64,000 bases of DNA, from positions 23,741-87,740 of the IMG/VR virus record IMGVR_UViG_3300027722_000005; one strand, 5' to 3'. Below are positions 44,752-54,272 of this stretch, one piece after another (the stretch's first letter is position 1; every line of letters begins with the position of its first letter). The translations under genes and the position numbers were made by a program. Origin of the DNA: a virus. Under the pieces are notes generated by a model. It had not been told where the DNA came from and did no database searches. It saw nothing but the letters and a program-made list of their open reading frames with translations.

Positions 44752-45158
44752 CACGCCATACAGTCGAAATGAGATCGTGCGATGTCTGTCTTGGCCCGTC
44801 TGTGCCCAGTACGCCCGAATGGCGCACGTTCAGCGTCGGCGGTGCAACTCTTGACATTTGCCCGTCTTGCGTCTTTATCTTTGACCGCATCTTCAAGAAT
44901 GGCTTCATGTGCTCTATTTTCGATGCGCTGGAGCCGCGCAAGGATGCGTGGGGCGAGATGATCCAATCCGCCATCGACGGGCTGAAGGGCGGCTCGTTGG
45001 TATCAGAATACATCCCGCGCTTCGCCTTTCCCGAGGAAATCACCCGCCGGCTACAGGCCATGGGCTTTCAGCGCGGCGACAAGATCCCACAATGGGCCAC
45101 GCAACTCGCCATGGAGGGGGCGGCGTGTGAAGTGGTGCGCATCGGGGGTGAGCCATGA
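44748..45158 (+). CDS. Hypothetical protein
   Basis: SCDVC...DICPSC; ATGA overlap. Confidence 0.6.
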   Translation: MTRHTVEMRSCDVCLGPSVPSTPEWRTFSVGGATLDICPSCVFIFDRIFKNGFMCSIFDALEPRKDAWGEMIQSAIDGLKGGSLVSEYIPRFAFPEEITRRLQAMGFQRGDKIPQWATQLAMEGAACEVVRIGGEP

Positions 45159-45562
45159 AAGACAGCATCGTTCGCCGCGGCAATCACTTCATCCGCACAA
45201 CTGCCATGCCGGGCTGGGTGCTCATCGACGGCCCGTGGTTCGAGTACCTGAACCGCTTTGGGCTGGACAGGGTGCGCCTGCCTTATCCCAACGAAGCCGG
45301 GCCAGCCTGGAACCTGACCGCCTGGACACCGCCCTGGGGCTACGGCGAAACCGAATGGGAGCGAATCGGATGGCTGCCCAGTCATCCGCTCGGCCCCCAC
45401 ACGAGGCGCTGGTGGGAGGCAAGGGCGTGGCGCGCTCCCAAGTTGCGCGTACAAACCGGCTGGACCGTGCGGCCCAACGGTGCCCTGCCCGCCCTTCTCT
45501 GCCGCCAGTCTCTACCCAGGGACGCCGATTACTTGGACTCCATGCTGCGGGGTGAGCCATGA
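45155..45562 (+). CDS. Trp-rich hypothetical protein
   Basis: ATGA overlap. Confidence 0.55.
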   Translation: MKDSIVRRGNHFIRTTAMPGWVLIDGPWFEYLNRFGLDRVRLPYPNEAGPAWNLTAWTPPWGYGETEWERIGWLPSHPLGPHTRRWWEARAWRAPKLRVQTGWTVRPNGALPALLCRQSLPRDADYLDSMLRGEP

Positions 45563-45741
45563 TTGGCGCGTTGGCAGTCCTGATTATGGTGCTCTACCCC
45601 GACCTGTGGCAGCAAATCATGGCGTCCGATGCCCGGTGGCTGTTCGTTGCCTGCATCATCGTGGACATTATCGTGCGCTTTGCCACCAGGCGGGCGGACC
45701 CATACGGCAATGTCTACATGCCGATGAGGAGAAGGCCATGA
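45559..45741 (+). CDS. Small membrane protein
   Basis: Two hydrophobic stretches; ATGA overlap. Confidence 0.55.
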   Translation: MIGALAVLIMVLYPDLWQQIMASDARWLFVACIIVDIIVRFATRRADPYGNVYMPMRRRP

Positions 45742-45974
45742 GCGACGAACAGTTCGCTTCGCTTCTGGACGGTTGCCAATCCCGAACCATCCTTGACCAC
45801 CTGGGGATCACCGTCAATATCGAGTGGGACGCCGACTACGTGCGCGTGCGCAACAAACTTTTTGCCATGTCGCCCCCCCCGCCGCTGGCTGTCCTGGCGG
45901 CTGCGGCGAGAGCGTGAACGCTTGCGGCTCAAGCAGCAGCAGATGGTTCTGGACCAGGTGTTGCGGGAGGGAAG

Positions 45975-46181
45975 ATGTCAATCCCCCACATCGGCATGAA
46001 GGCCGACGAAGTGCTGAAGATGGCCGGGCGCTCGGCGGAAGACGCCACGGAAGATCCGACCTGGATTGGCCGCGACGAACACGGCTGGATCGTCGTCTGG
46101 CATTACGCCGATTGCGTCGTGATCTTGCATCGGCGGATGGGGTGCTACCGGGTGAGGGAAGTCCATGAAGTGGCGCGATGA
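45975..46181 (+). CDS. Hypothetical protein
   Basis: GGAGG RBS. Confidence 0.55.
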   Translation: MSIPHIGMKADEVLKMAGRSAEDATEDPTWIGRDEHGWIVVWHYADCVVILHRRMGCYRVREVHEVAR

Positions 46182-46377
46182 CACCACCCTGTCCGACAAG
46201 GCCAAGGAAGTAGCAGGGGCCATAGAGGGCGACTGGCGGGCCGTGGCCCACGCCGTCGAGTTGTGCGTCCTGGGCACGCCCATCAAAATCCGTGGCGTTG
46301 AGATTACCTGCGGCGAGGGGGATGATTTGGAGAGGCGAATGAACGTTCTGAATGCCATGTTGGAGGCGACCTGGTGA
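46165..46377 (+). CDS. Hypothetical protein
   Basis: 70-aa ORF, operon-coupled. Confidence 0.5.
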   Translation: MKWRDDTTLSDKAKEVAGAIEGDWRAVAHAVELCVLGTPIKIRGVEITCGEGDDLERRMNVLNAMLEATW

Positions 46378-46709
46378 ACCGCGACGACTTCATGCGCCAG
46401 TGGGTGGGCGTTCGCTGTCCCGGCTGTGGCAAGCCGGTGACGGACGTTCACCACGTCTTCAAGCGCAGGATCAAGCGGTTCGAGAAGGAGCTGTACCACG
46501 AGTGCAACGTGGCGCCTGCCTGCAATTCTTGTAATTGCAACGAGACGCAGGACTTCCAGCTTGAGTGCGCGCTGTTCATCTTCCGGGAGCTGGAGCGCGC
46601 GGGGTATGATCCGCCGCGCCGGGTCCGCCAGTGGGACGCGCAGGGGCCGTGGCGGGTGAAGGGGCTGCCGAAACACTTTTACGAAGCGGAGAGGGTATGG
46701 GACAGTTAA
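46374..46709 (+). CDS. HNH/NinG-like nuclease
   Basis: CPGC...VHHVF...NVAPACNSCN; upstream of small terminase. Confidence 0.7.
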   Translation: MNRDDFMRQWVGVRCPGCGKPVTDVHHVFKRRIKRFEKELYHECNVAPACNSCNCNETQDFQLECALFIFRELERAGYDPPRRVRQWDAQGPWRVKGLPKHFYEAERVWDS

Positions 46710-47038
46710 GGTCAAGTGGAGGCCAATGGCTTCCTGGGCAGACGGGGAATAAGCGCGGAAGGCTCCCGAGGGAGCGCGAGCACGAGTTCCTGGACGTGAC
46801 GATTGCGGCCGTCTCGAAGGAGCAGTGGAAGGAGATTATTACGAAGGCCGCGGAGCAGGCTCTTGCCGGCGACTCGGTTGCTCGCAAGTTCCTGGCCGAG
46901 TACATCTTGGGCCAGCCGGCACAGGTTCACGAGTACATGCTGAACGAGCAGCGCGACTTTACCATTCGCGTCGTCTTCGAGGACCGGCTTGCCTTGCCGC
47001 CCGGGGATGATGTGATCGAGGGAGAGAAGGTCGAATGA
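46697..47038 (+). CDS. terS: Terminase small subunit (DUF5681-like)
   Basis: WLPGQTGNKRGR motif; ALAGD helix; position. Confidence 0.7.
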   Translation: MGQLRSSGGQWLPGQTGNKRGRLPREREHEFLDVTIAAVSKEQWKEIITKAAEQALAGDSVARKFLAEYILGQPAQVHEYMLNEQRDFTIRVVFEDRLALPPGDDVIEGEKVE

Positions 47039-47150
47039 CGCCCGAGGGAGCCATCCTGGCCTTCGTGGTCGCCATTGTCGCGTTCCTGGTGGGGTTTGCC
47101 TGTGGGGCGATTTACATGGCGCTCAAGGCGTTCCAGAAGAAGTAGCATGA

Positions 47151-47780
47151 TTACACCGACTCTCCGTGATGCGGGTGTCCATTGCTTATGTGCTCGGCTT
47201 GGTTCTTGCACAGACGCAGATTCTCGATGGCATTGTTCGAGGGGTTGCCATCAATGTGGTGGACTACTTCATCTGGCTCAAGGTAGCGGCCAAGATGCTG
47301 TTCCATGACAAGACGATGTTCAAGAATGTAGGGGTAGGGATTTGAGCGGACTGGATGGCCATCGGGCGCAAGAATCATTATGTAACCGTCGCGGCGAACC
47401 TTGCGGCCGTGCTTATAGGCGGGGTTCTCGGTGCCGTACTTGCCGTACATGGGGTTCTTCTCGCCGCGCAGCCCCTCCGTGCCGTACATGGGATTGTTGG
47501 GGCCGCTGAGGTCACGATGATAAGAGGGGTTCCAGTCAGTCAGGTTTCTGGCCGTGATGGCGCAGCTCATGGAGCAATACCTTTTCCCGCTGCTGGTGTA
47601 AGTTTCAAATTCCCTGCCGCAGTGGGCACAGGCTACCGTGATATGCGCCGGGGCATCGTTGGCCTTCATGCACGCCCAAGTGCAAAAGCGCCTGCCCTTC
47701 TTGGCAGTAGACGCCTTGACGGTAAACGGCTTTCCGCATTGTTCGCAAATCAATTCAACATGGGTATTCTTTCTTGGCAT
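47151..47780 (-). CDS. HNH homing endonuclease with zinc fingers and NUMOD3-like repeats
   Basis: EHRLVME...VHHIDGNPSNN; GPNNPMYG, GEKNPMYG, GTENPAY. Confidence 0.9.
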   Translation of the reverse strand: MPRKNTHVELICEQCGKPFTVKASTAKKGRRFCTWACMKANDAPAHITVACAHCGREFETYTSSGKRYCSMSCAITARNLTDWNPSYHRDLSGPNNPMYGTEGLRGEKNPMYGKYGTENPAYKHGRKVRRDGYIMILAPDGHPVRSNPYPYILEHRLVMEQHLGRYLEPDEVVHHIDGNPSNNAIENLRLCKNQAEHISNGHPHHGESV

Positions 47781-47832
47781 CGCCTTTCTCCTCTACCTGG
47801 AATGAGTACATTATACTTCCTGGTGCTGAATA

Positions 47833-49092
47833 ATGCAAATTGAAGTAAGCCTGAAAACACCGCATCCTCAGCAGCGGCGATTCATCGAATCGAAGGCAAA
47901 AAGGCTCGTGTGTAGGGCGGCCCGGAGGGGTGGAAAAACCGTTGCCGTCTCTATCCTGGCCGTCATCAAGTTGCTAGAAGCGCGCCGAATTCTATATGCC
48001 ACGCCGACCCAGGAGCAAGTTGGCAAGTTCTGGTGGGAAATAACAACCGCCATGAAGCCAGCTATAGATGCCGGTCTATATTACAAAAACGAAACCGAGC
48101 ATGTCATTCGCCCGGCCCACGGCATCAGCGAGGCCAGGATCAAGGCCAAGACCGCCTGGAACGCCAACACCCTGCGCGGCGACTATGCCGACTTGCTCAT
48201 CCTGGACGAGTACCAGTTGATGGACCCCGACGTGTGGGCCAGGGTTGGCGCGCCAATGCTCCTAGATAACGATGGCGATTGCATCTTTATTTACACGCCA
48301 GAGCAGACCGCCCTTCACGCCTCGCAGCTCTTTAAGAAGGCGCGGATATTGCAGGAAGCGGCGGAAAGGAGAGGCGAGCAGCCAAGGTGGGAGGTCTTTC
48401 ACTGGACATCCCTGGACAACCCGCACCTGTCCAAGACGGCGCTAGACGAAATTACGAGTGATATGTCCTCCCTCAACTACCGCCTGGAGATCATGGCCGA
48501 GGACATCGACGACGACCCGCGGGCGCTGTGGAACCGGGAATTGCTGTCCAAGACTCGCGTTCTGGGCCACCCCGAGTTGGAGCGCATCGTCGTCGCCGTG
48601 GACCCGCCGGGCTCGACTACCGGGGAGTGCGGGATCGTCGTCGCCGGCTCCGCCACCAAGGGCGACGTATTGCACGGTTACGTCCTGGAGGACGGGAGCA
48701 TCAGCGGTAGCCCGGCGACGTGGGCAGGCCAGGCCGTGGCCCTGTACAACAAGTACCAGGCGGACAGGCTGATTGCAGAGCGGAACTTTGGCGGCGACAT
48801 GGTGGAGCAGACGTTCAAGTCCATCGACCCGACCCTGCCGGTAAAGCTATTGACGGCCTCGCGGGGGAAGATTGCCCGGGCGGAGCCGATTGAAGCCCTG
48901 TATGAGAAGGGGCGCTGCCACCACGTCGGGGAGTTTCAACGGCTGGAGGACGAATTATGTTCGTTTCACTTCACCCTGAACAAAGGGATGCCGTCGCCCA
49001 ACCGCCTGGACGCGATGGTCTGGGCGCTGACCGAATTGATGCTTGACTACTGCGCGACCGAGTTGGGCAGCGTCGAGATACCGATGCTGTAG
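47833..49092 (+). CDS. terL: Terminase large subunit
   Basis: AARRGGKT, LILDE, DNPHL, VAVDP, ERNFGG, RLDA. Confidence 0.95.
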   Translation: MQIEVSLKTPHPQQRRFIESKAKRLVCRAARRGGKTVAVSILAVIKLLEARRILYATPTQEQVGKFWWEITTAMKPAIDAGLYYKNETEHVIRPAHGISEARIKAKTAWNANTLRGDYADLLILDEYQLMDPDVWARVGAPMLLDNDGDCIFIYTPEQTALHASQLFKKARILQEAAERRGEQPRWEVFHWTSLDNPHLSKTALDEITSDMSSLNYRLEIMAEDIDDDPRALWNRELLSKTRVLGHPELERIVVAVDPPGSTTGECGIVVAGSATKGDVLHGYVLEDGSISGSPATWAGQAVALYNKYQADRLIAERNFGGDMVEQTFKSIDPTLPVKLLTASRGKIARAEPIEALYEKGRCHHVGEFQRLEDELCSFHFTLNKGMPSPNRLDAMVWALTELMLDYCATELGSVEIPML

Positions 49093-49100
49093 GAGGGGAG

Positions 49101-49529
49101 ATGAGGGTTATCAGCGTTTCGTCAAGGATAGAAGAGTTAGTGGAAACCGATGCCGAAGAGTGGCCGTCCTTTTCGCGCTCCTCCAGCGAGTCGTGGTTGC
49201 AACTGATGGGCGAGTCGTGGGAGTCGGTGTACGATGAGGGCGACATTGAGGCGGCTTACCAAGAGTATATGGCGGAGAACCCGGTCAAGCCGTGGACCAA
49301 GCAGTTCGACTCAAGCGACCTTGACCTGACTCCGAGTAAGACGAACCTGGCCGACTGGTTTAACACGAACTACGAACACTGCAAAGACCTATTGCGATGG
49401 GCCGCCAAAAAAGAGGGCGCCGACCCCGACCGGCTTGAGTTTGACATCAAGATGAAGTCTACGCGGTGGGACGTGAGCTTTACCGTGACGGCGACTGAAA
49501 GGGGAGAGAGATGTGCCAAGCCTGTGTAG
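49101..49529 (+). CDS. Acidic hypothetical protein
   Basis: GGAGG RBS. Confidence 0.6.
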   Translation: MRVISVSSRIEELVETDAEEWPSFSRSSSESWLQLMGESWESVYDEGDIEAAYQEYMAENPVKPWTKQFDSSDLDLTPSKTNLADWFNTNYEHCKDLLRWAAKKEGADPDRLEFDIKMKSTRWDVSFTVTATERGERCAKPV

Positions 49530-49834
49530 ATGAGGGCCGGCTGTCGCAGGCAACATTTGACAAAATAGGGGCGTTCTTGGAAAAGTGGCCGCACGCTGCC
49601 TATGGCCCGGCGCACATCGTTCTAGATGACGACAACCTGCTTGATGGGCACATTACCTGGTGCCTGGGCCTGGCGCGGGCGGCGCTGTCCAAGAATCCGG
49701 CCGATTTGCGCGATGCAGACGACGTGGAAATGATGGACGATTTGAAGTGGTACGCCGATTGCGACAGGGATGAATTGACGGCAACCGTCGCGTTTCTGGA
49801 GGAGCTGCTGCTGATTCCAGAAGATGAACGGTGA
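49511..49834 (+). CDS. Hypothetical protein
   Basis: GPAHIVLDDDN motif. Confidence 0.65.
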   Translation: MCQACVDEGRLSQATFDKIGAFLEKWPHAAYGPAHIVLDDDNLLDGHITWCLGLARAALSKNPADLRDADDVEMMDDLKWYADCDRDELTATVAFLEELLLIPEDER

Positions 49835-49846
49835 AAGGGGGAACCG

Positions 49847-50089
49847 ATGACACCAACTGCTATTTTGGAACAGGCCAAGGGGGAATTGCGTGGAACGCAA
49901 TGGGAATATTTGGCAGATATGAAGGGGCACCCAGGAGAAATAGATGGCTATTTGGCGGTAGCGGAATATGTGAGGCGCACCGACCAACTAGAACCCAAGG
50001 CGTTCGAGGATGGAAGGCCCTTTCGCATATCTGCCTATGCCAATGCCTGCGAATTCTTGGGCGAAGACCCGAAATATCATAGGCAGTAG
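49847..50089 (+). CDS. Hypothetical protein
   Basis: GAAAGGGG RBS. Confidence 0.55.
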   Translation: MTPTAILEQAKGELRGTQWEYLADMKGHPGEIDGYLAVAEYVRRTDQLEPKAFEDGRPFRISAYANACEFLGEDPKYHRQ

Positions 50090-50123
50090 TGGCAAGGATG
50101 AATTGACGGTAACGGGAGGCAAT

Positions 50124-52421
50124 ATGCCAGATAACTACGAGGGCCTGGAACCGCTGGAGAAGGACAGGGCGCAAGACGTGAGCATCCAGACCCGGGCGAC
50201 AGAAGAAGTGCCGGTCGGCATGAGCTTTGTCATGCTGGCCGATACCGGGGCGCTTGTCCCTCCCTGGTGGTCCGAACGGCGAGACGCCTTCCTGGCCCGG
50301 GAGTGGCTGCGCTGCCCGCTGTTCGCCGGGGCGCTGTACAACGTCGGGGCCAAGCTGGCGACCATCCCGCCCATCATCGAGCCCAGAGATCCCACGGTCA
50401 AGAGCCAGCGGAACCTGGCGGACGCGGCCAACGTGCGGCTGTACGAAGGAAGCGAGTTCGGCCGCGGTTGGATCGAGTTCGCCATTCGTTGGCACACAGA
50501 CAGATGGACACAGGATAACGGATCTTTCGCCGAAGTCCTGGGAGAAGGCCAGAAGGACGGGCCGATCACCGGGCCGGCCCTGGGCCTTGCCAACCTCGAC
50601 GCCTCGCTCTGCACCAGGACGGGGCATCCCGAATGGCCCGTCGTCTACACCCGCGAGAAGGACGGCAAGCGGTTCAAGCTGCACCGCTCCCGCGTCGTCT
50701 ACGGCAGCCAGTTGCCGAGTACCAAGGACGAGATGCGAGGCATTGGCTACAGTTGGTTCTCCAGGTGCGTCGGCATCGCCCAATCCGTCGTGGACGATCT
50801 GACCTTCAAGCAAGAGAAACTTGGAAAGCGGCCGCAGCGGGGCATCCTCGTCGGCAAGAAGATCGGCGTCGATATGGTCAAGGCCGCCTTCCAGATGGCC
50901 GACGAAGCCGCCGACAACCGGGGGCTGACGAGGGTATCCATGATGCCCATCGTCGCCAACCCCAACGCCGCCGACGTGGGCATCGACCTGGTGAGCCTGT
51001 CTTCCCTTCCGGACGGCTTTGACTGGGAGACAGACGTAAACCTGGCCATGTACATCATCGCCCTGACCGGCGGCTTCCCGGTGCGGTGGATGTGGCCCGC
51101 GACGGTCGTGGGCGCCACGAAGGCCGACGCCCTCTTGCAGCACATGGCGACGGCCATGTCCGGCACGGCCCACGAATTGGGGACGCTCGCCATGCTCCTG
51201 GGGGGCTCGGAGCGGGGCATGTACCACCAGGCGGGCAAGTTCCTGCCGCCCAGTCTCAAGATGCGGTTTGACGTGCAAGACGACTGGATCGACCAGGTGC
51301 AAGCCGAGATCCGCAACACCCGGTCGCAGCAGTACGAACGGAACATTGCCGACGGCGCAATCAGCATCCGCGTTACCAGGGAGCAGATGCTGGGCACGGG
51401 CGAGATCAACGAGGCGCAGTTCAGGGACATGGAGCTTGAATCGGGCCGGACGTTGGACGGCCTGCCCGTCGATGCCCTGTTCTACGGCGACAACCCCTTC
51501 CTGAAGGGCATCGACCCCGACGAGTTCGCCGAAGAGGACGTGAAAGCCAAGCTCAAGAGGGCGAAGGAGGCCAGTGTCAGAGAATCGGGGAAGAAGGAGT
51601 TGGCTAGAGAGGCTGTTGCGGCCCTGGAGTGGCTGCTGGACAGGGAAAAGCGCGAGGAATTGGGCATTGACCCCGACGCCCCACCCGGACGAAACATGGC
51701 GGCGCCGGAGGTTGATGCGCCGATGCGTAAGCTGCCGGCGATGACCACCACGAAACCGGCGGAGTCGGCCAACGTGAACTCACAGAAGGAAAGAGGAGAA
51801 ATCGAGGTCGCCATGCAGGCGGCGGTCCTGGCCGTCTTTGCCGACTTTGACGCAAAGAAGGCCGTCCTGAAAGGCCAAGAGCCGGACTACGACAAGTTGG
51901 AGAAGGCGCTGATCGCCGTGCTGATCCCCTTCCTGGTGAGGGCCTACCTCGATCATGCGGCCGAGCTTGAGGCCGAGTACGCCGTGAGCTTCGACCCGGC
52001 CGAGACGGCGGCAGCGGCCAACGCCTGGGCGACGGCCTATGCAGCGGCGGAGGCGGCCCGGCTCATCGCCTCGACGGCCAAGACGGTGCGGAGCGTTATC
52101 ATCTCCATTGACGCGGGCGACATCACAGAGGACGACGTGGACGCCCTGCTCTTACCGGCGTTCGGCCCAAGCCGTGCGGCGCTCATCGCCATCACGCTGA
52201 TTACCGTGGCAAGGAGCATGGCCTTCGACAAGTACCGGGACAACGTGAAGGGGTTGGGCATCGAGGTCCGGGAGTTCTGGGAAACGCGAGAGGATGAGAA
52301 GGTTTGCGGGATTTGCGCGCCGCTGCACGACCAGCCCCGCGAGGTGTGGGAGCATCGCTTCCCGGACGGCCCGCCTGCCCACGGAAGATGCCGCTGCCTA
52401 CGGCGTCTGGAGTTCGTGTGA
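50124..52421 (+). CDS. Portal protein fused to Mu gpF-like minor head domain
   Basis: Position after TerL, portal-size N-terminal part; WETREDEKVCGIC...PPAHGRCRC. Confidence 0.8.
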   Translation: MPDNYEGLEPLEKDRAQDVSIQTRATEEVPVGMSFVMLADTGALVPPWWSERRDAFLAREWLRCPLFAGALYNVGAKLATIPPIIEPRDPTVKSQRNLADAANVRLYEGSEFGRGWIEFAIRWHTDRWTQDNGSFAEVLGEGQKDGPITGPALGLANLDASLCTRTGHPEWPVVYTREKDGKRFKLHRSRVVYGSQLPSTKDEMRGIGYSWFSRCVGIAQSVVDDLTFKQEKLGKRPQRGILVGKKIGVDMVKAAFQMADEAADNRGLTRVSMMPIVANPNAADVGIDLVSLSSLPDGFDWETDVNLAMYIIALTGGFPVRWMWPATVVGATKADALLQHMATAMSGTAHELGTLAMLLGGSERGMYHQAGKFLPPSLKMRFDVQDDWIDQVQAEIRNTRSQQYERNIADGAISIRVTREQMLGTGEINEAQFRDMELESGRTLDGLPVDALFYGDNPFLKGIDPDEFAEEDVKAKLKRAKEASVRESGKKELAREAVAALEWLLDREKREELGIDPDAPPGRNMAAPEVDAPMRKLPAMTTTKPAESANVNSQKERGEIEVAMQAAVLAVFADFDAKKAVLKGQEPDYDKLEKALIAVLIPFLVRAYLDHAAELEAEYAVSFDPAETAAAANAWATAYAAAEAARLIASTAKTVRSVIISIDAGDITEDDVDALLLPAFGPSRAALIAITLITVARSMAFDKYRDNVKGLGIEVREFWETREDEKVCGICAPLHDQPREVWEHRFPDGPPAHGRCRCLRRLEFV

Positions 52422-52933
52422 TGGGCTTCACCATTCGCGTTCAAGCCATCAAGGCCAAGGCGCTGAACGTCAAGGCCGTGCAGCGGGAAGTGCAGAAGGC
52501 GCTCGAAGAGACGGGCAAGATTCTGCAAAAGGAGTTCGGCAAGACGACCGAATCCTGGCAGGGGGCCAAGCCCACGTTCCAGGTGACGACGGGCGGCATG
52601 GCGAGCAGGGCCTTCGTCCACTGCTTCCCGGGCGGTGACGAAGAGGGCGTGGAGAAGTGGGTGCGGCTGGACGAGGGCACGGAGCACAACTACCCCATCG
52701 CGGCCCGCAAGGCGCCCATGTTGGTTTACCAGTCAGAGTTCTCGCCCAAGACGACGCCCGGCTCTCTAAGTTCCAAGGGGGGCGGCAAGTCGGGGCCATA
52801 CGACCGGCGCAGGAAACAGGTGATACACCCCGGCGTGGACCCGCGCAACTGGTCGCAGACGCTGGGAGAGCAAGAAGAGGACGCATTTGCCGACCGGATT
52901 CAGGCGGCAGTAGAGAAAGGTTTGGAGGAATAA
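52421..52933 (+). CDS. HK97 gp10-like neck/tail-completion protein
   Basis: LDEGT...HPG motifs. Confidence 0.65.
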   Translation: MGFTIRVQAIKAKALNVKAVQREVQKALEETGKILQKEFGKTTESWQGAKPTFQVTTGGMASRAFVHCFPGGDEEGVEKWVRLDEGTEHNYPIAARKAPMLVYQSEFSPKTTPGSLSSKGGGKSGPYDRRRKQVIHPGVDPRNWSQTLGEQEEDAFADRIQAAVEKGLEE

Positions 52934-52934
52934 C

Positions 52935-53471
52935 ATGGCAAAGCGACTTGTCCAGGGACCGGCAAGCCCGGTGTGGCTCGTGGATGCGGACGGCAACCCC
53001 ATCGGGGATGCCCATCCCCTGGTGATTCAGGGCGTGGGCGGCGAGTTGTCCATCACCGACGAGTGGGAAGTGACCACGCTCTCGGACGTGACGGCGGACG
53101 ACTCGGACAAGACATTCACCGTGCCGAATGGCTACCAGTACCAGGTGCTGTGGGTGTACGTGTCCATCACGTCCACGGCCACCGCTGGCAACCGCAACAT
53201 GGCCGTCGCCGTGAACAACGCGCTCGGGACGCAAATCTTCGAAGTCCGGGCCGGGGTGACGCAGGCGGCCTCGCTGACGTACAACTACACCTTCGCGCCG
53301 TCGCTGGCGGACCTGACGGCGGTGCGCGACACGACGTTCGTGATGTGCCCCTTGCCGCCGACGCTCATCCTGACGGCGTTCCAGCAGCTCCGCGTGTGGG
53401 ACCAGAACGCCGTGGCGGCGGGCGCTGACGACATGAACGTTTTCGTGCAAATTGCCAGGAGGGCGGCATGA
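52935..53471 (+). CDS. Probable virion beta-sandwich protein
   Basis: Thr/Val-rich beta pattern; structural operon. Confidence 0.55.
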   Translation: MAKRLVQGPASPVWLVDADGNPIGDAHPLVIQGVGGELSITDEWEVTTLSDVTADDSDKTFTVPNGYQYQVLWVYVSITSTATAGNRNMAVAVNNALGTQIFEVRAGVTQAASLTYNYTFAPSLADLTAVRDTTFVMCPLPPTLILTAFQQLRVWDQNAVAAGADDMNVFVQIARRAA

Positions 53472-54265
53472 TCCGACGTTATGGTGGCCCCGGCATGTGC
53501 GGGGTTGGGGGAATCCCGCTGGCGAACATGGGTGTCAGCATTGGTGCCGGTAACGGCCTGCTCACAAATCTCATCGCCTACTGGCCGGGCAACGAGGCCA
53601 ACGGCAACGCCCAGGACGCGCACACCAACGCGCTACACCTGACCGACACGAACACGGTCACGAGCGCGGCGGGCATTGTGTATGCCGGGGCCAGGCAGTA
53701 CACGCGGGCGAATCTGGAATCGCACGTCCGGGCCGGGGATGATGCGCTCTTGAGCACCGGCGACGTGGATTTCACCCTCGCGGCGTGGGTCAACGCCGAT
53801 GGCCTGGCGGATTATCCGACGATTGCCAGTCGGTGGGGCGTCGCTCCCAACTTGGAATATCGGCTAATCTACTACAACGTGCCCAACCGCTTCCAGTTCT
53901 ACGTGTCAAACAATGGCACGGCCACGAACGTTGTGAGTGCTGACAACCTCGGCATTCCCGCCATAGCTACGTGGTATCTGCTGGTAGCCTGGCATGACAG
54001 TGTAGCGAACACGATCAACATCCAGGTCAACAATGGGGTCGCTAACTCGGTTGCTCACGCGACCGGCGTTTATGATTCCGCCTCTCCGTTTAGGATTGCT
54101 ACCTACGTTCCGGGCGTAACGATTGCCCTGCACTGGAACGGGCGCATCGGGCCAACGGCTTTTTGGAAGAGCGCGGCGGGCGGAGGCGGCGTGCTCACAG
54201 CAACACAGCGCACCGCGCTTTACAACGGCGGCTTGGGCCTGGCCTACACCGCGCTTACGACATAG
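53468..54265 (+). CDS. LamG/concanavalin A-like domain protein
   Basis: LIAYW, FTLAAWV, TWYLLV, WNGRI, LYNGG. Confidence 0.8.
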   Translation: MIRRYGGPGMCGVGGIPLANMGVSIGAGNGLLTNLIAYWPGNEANGNAQDAHTNALHLTDTNTVTSAAGIVYAGARQYTRANLESHVRAGDDALLSTGDVDFTLAAWVNADGLADYPTIASRWGVAPNLEYRLIYYNVPNRFQFYVSNNGTATNVVSADNLGIPAIATWYLLVAWHDSVANTINIQVNNGVANSVAHATGVYDSASPFRIATYVPGVTIALHWNGRIGPTAFWKSAAGGGGVLTATQRTALYNGGLGLAYTALTT

Positions 54266-54272
54266 GAGACTA

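Noticed and set aside
34578-49847. TGAAAGGGG recurring at gene junctions
   Set aside because: Adequately explained as stop codon plus Shine-Dalgarno
49860-53450. Long minus-strand ORFs (480 aa, 326 aa) and similar shadow ORFs elsewhere
   Set aside because: Antisense to well-supported genes in GC-rich DNA, with no motifs or RBS
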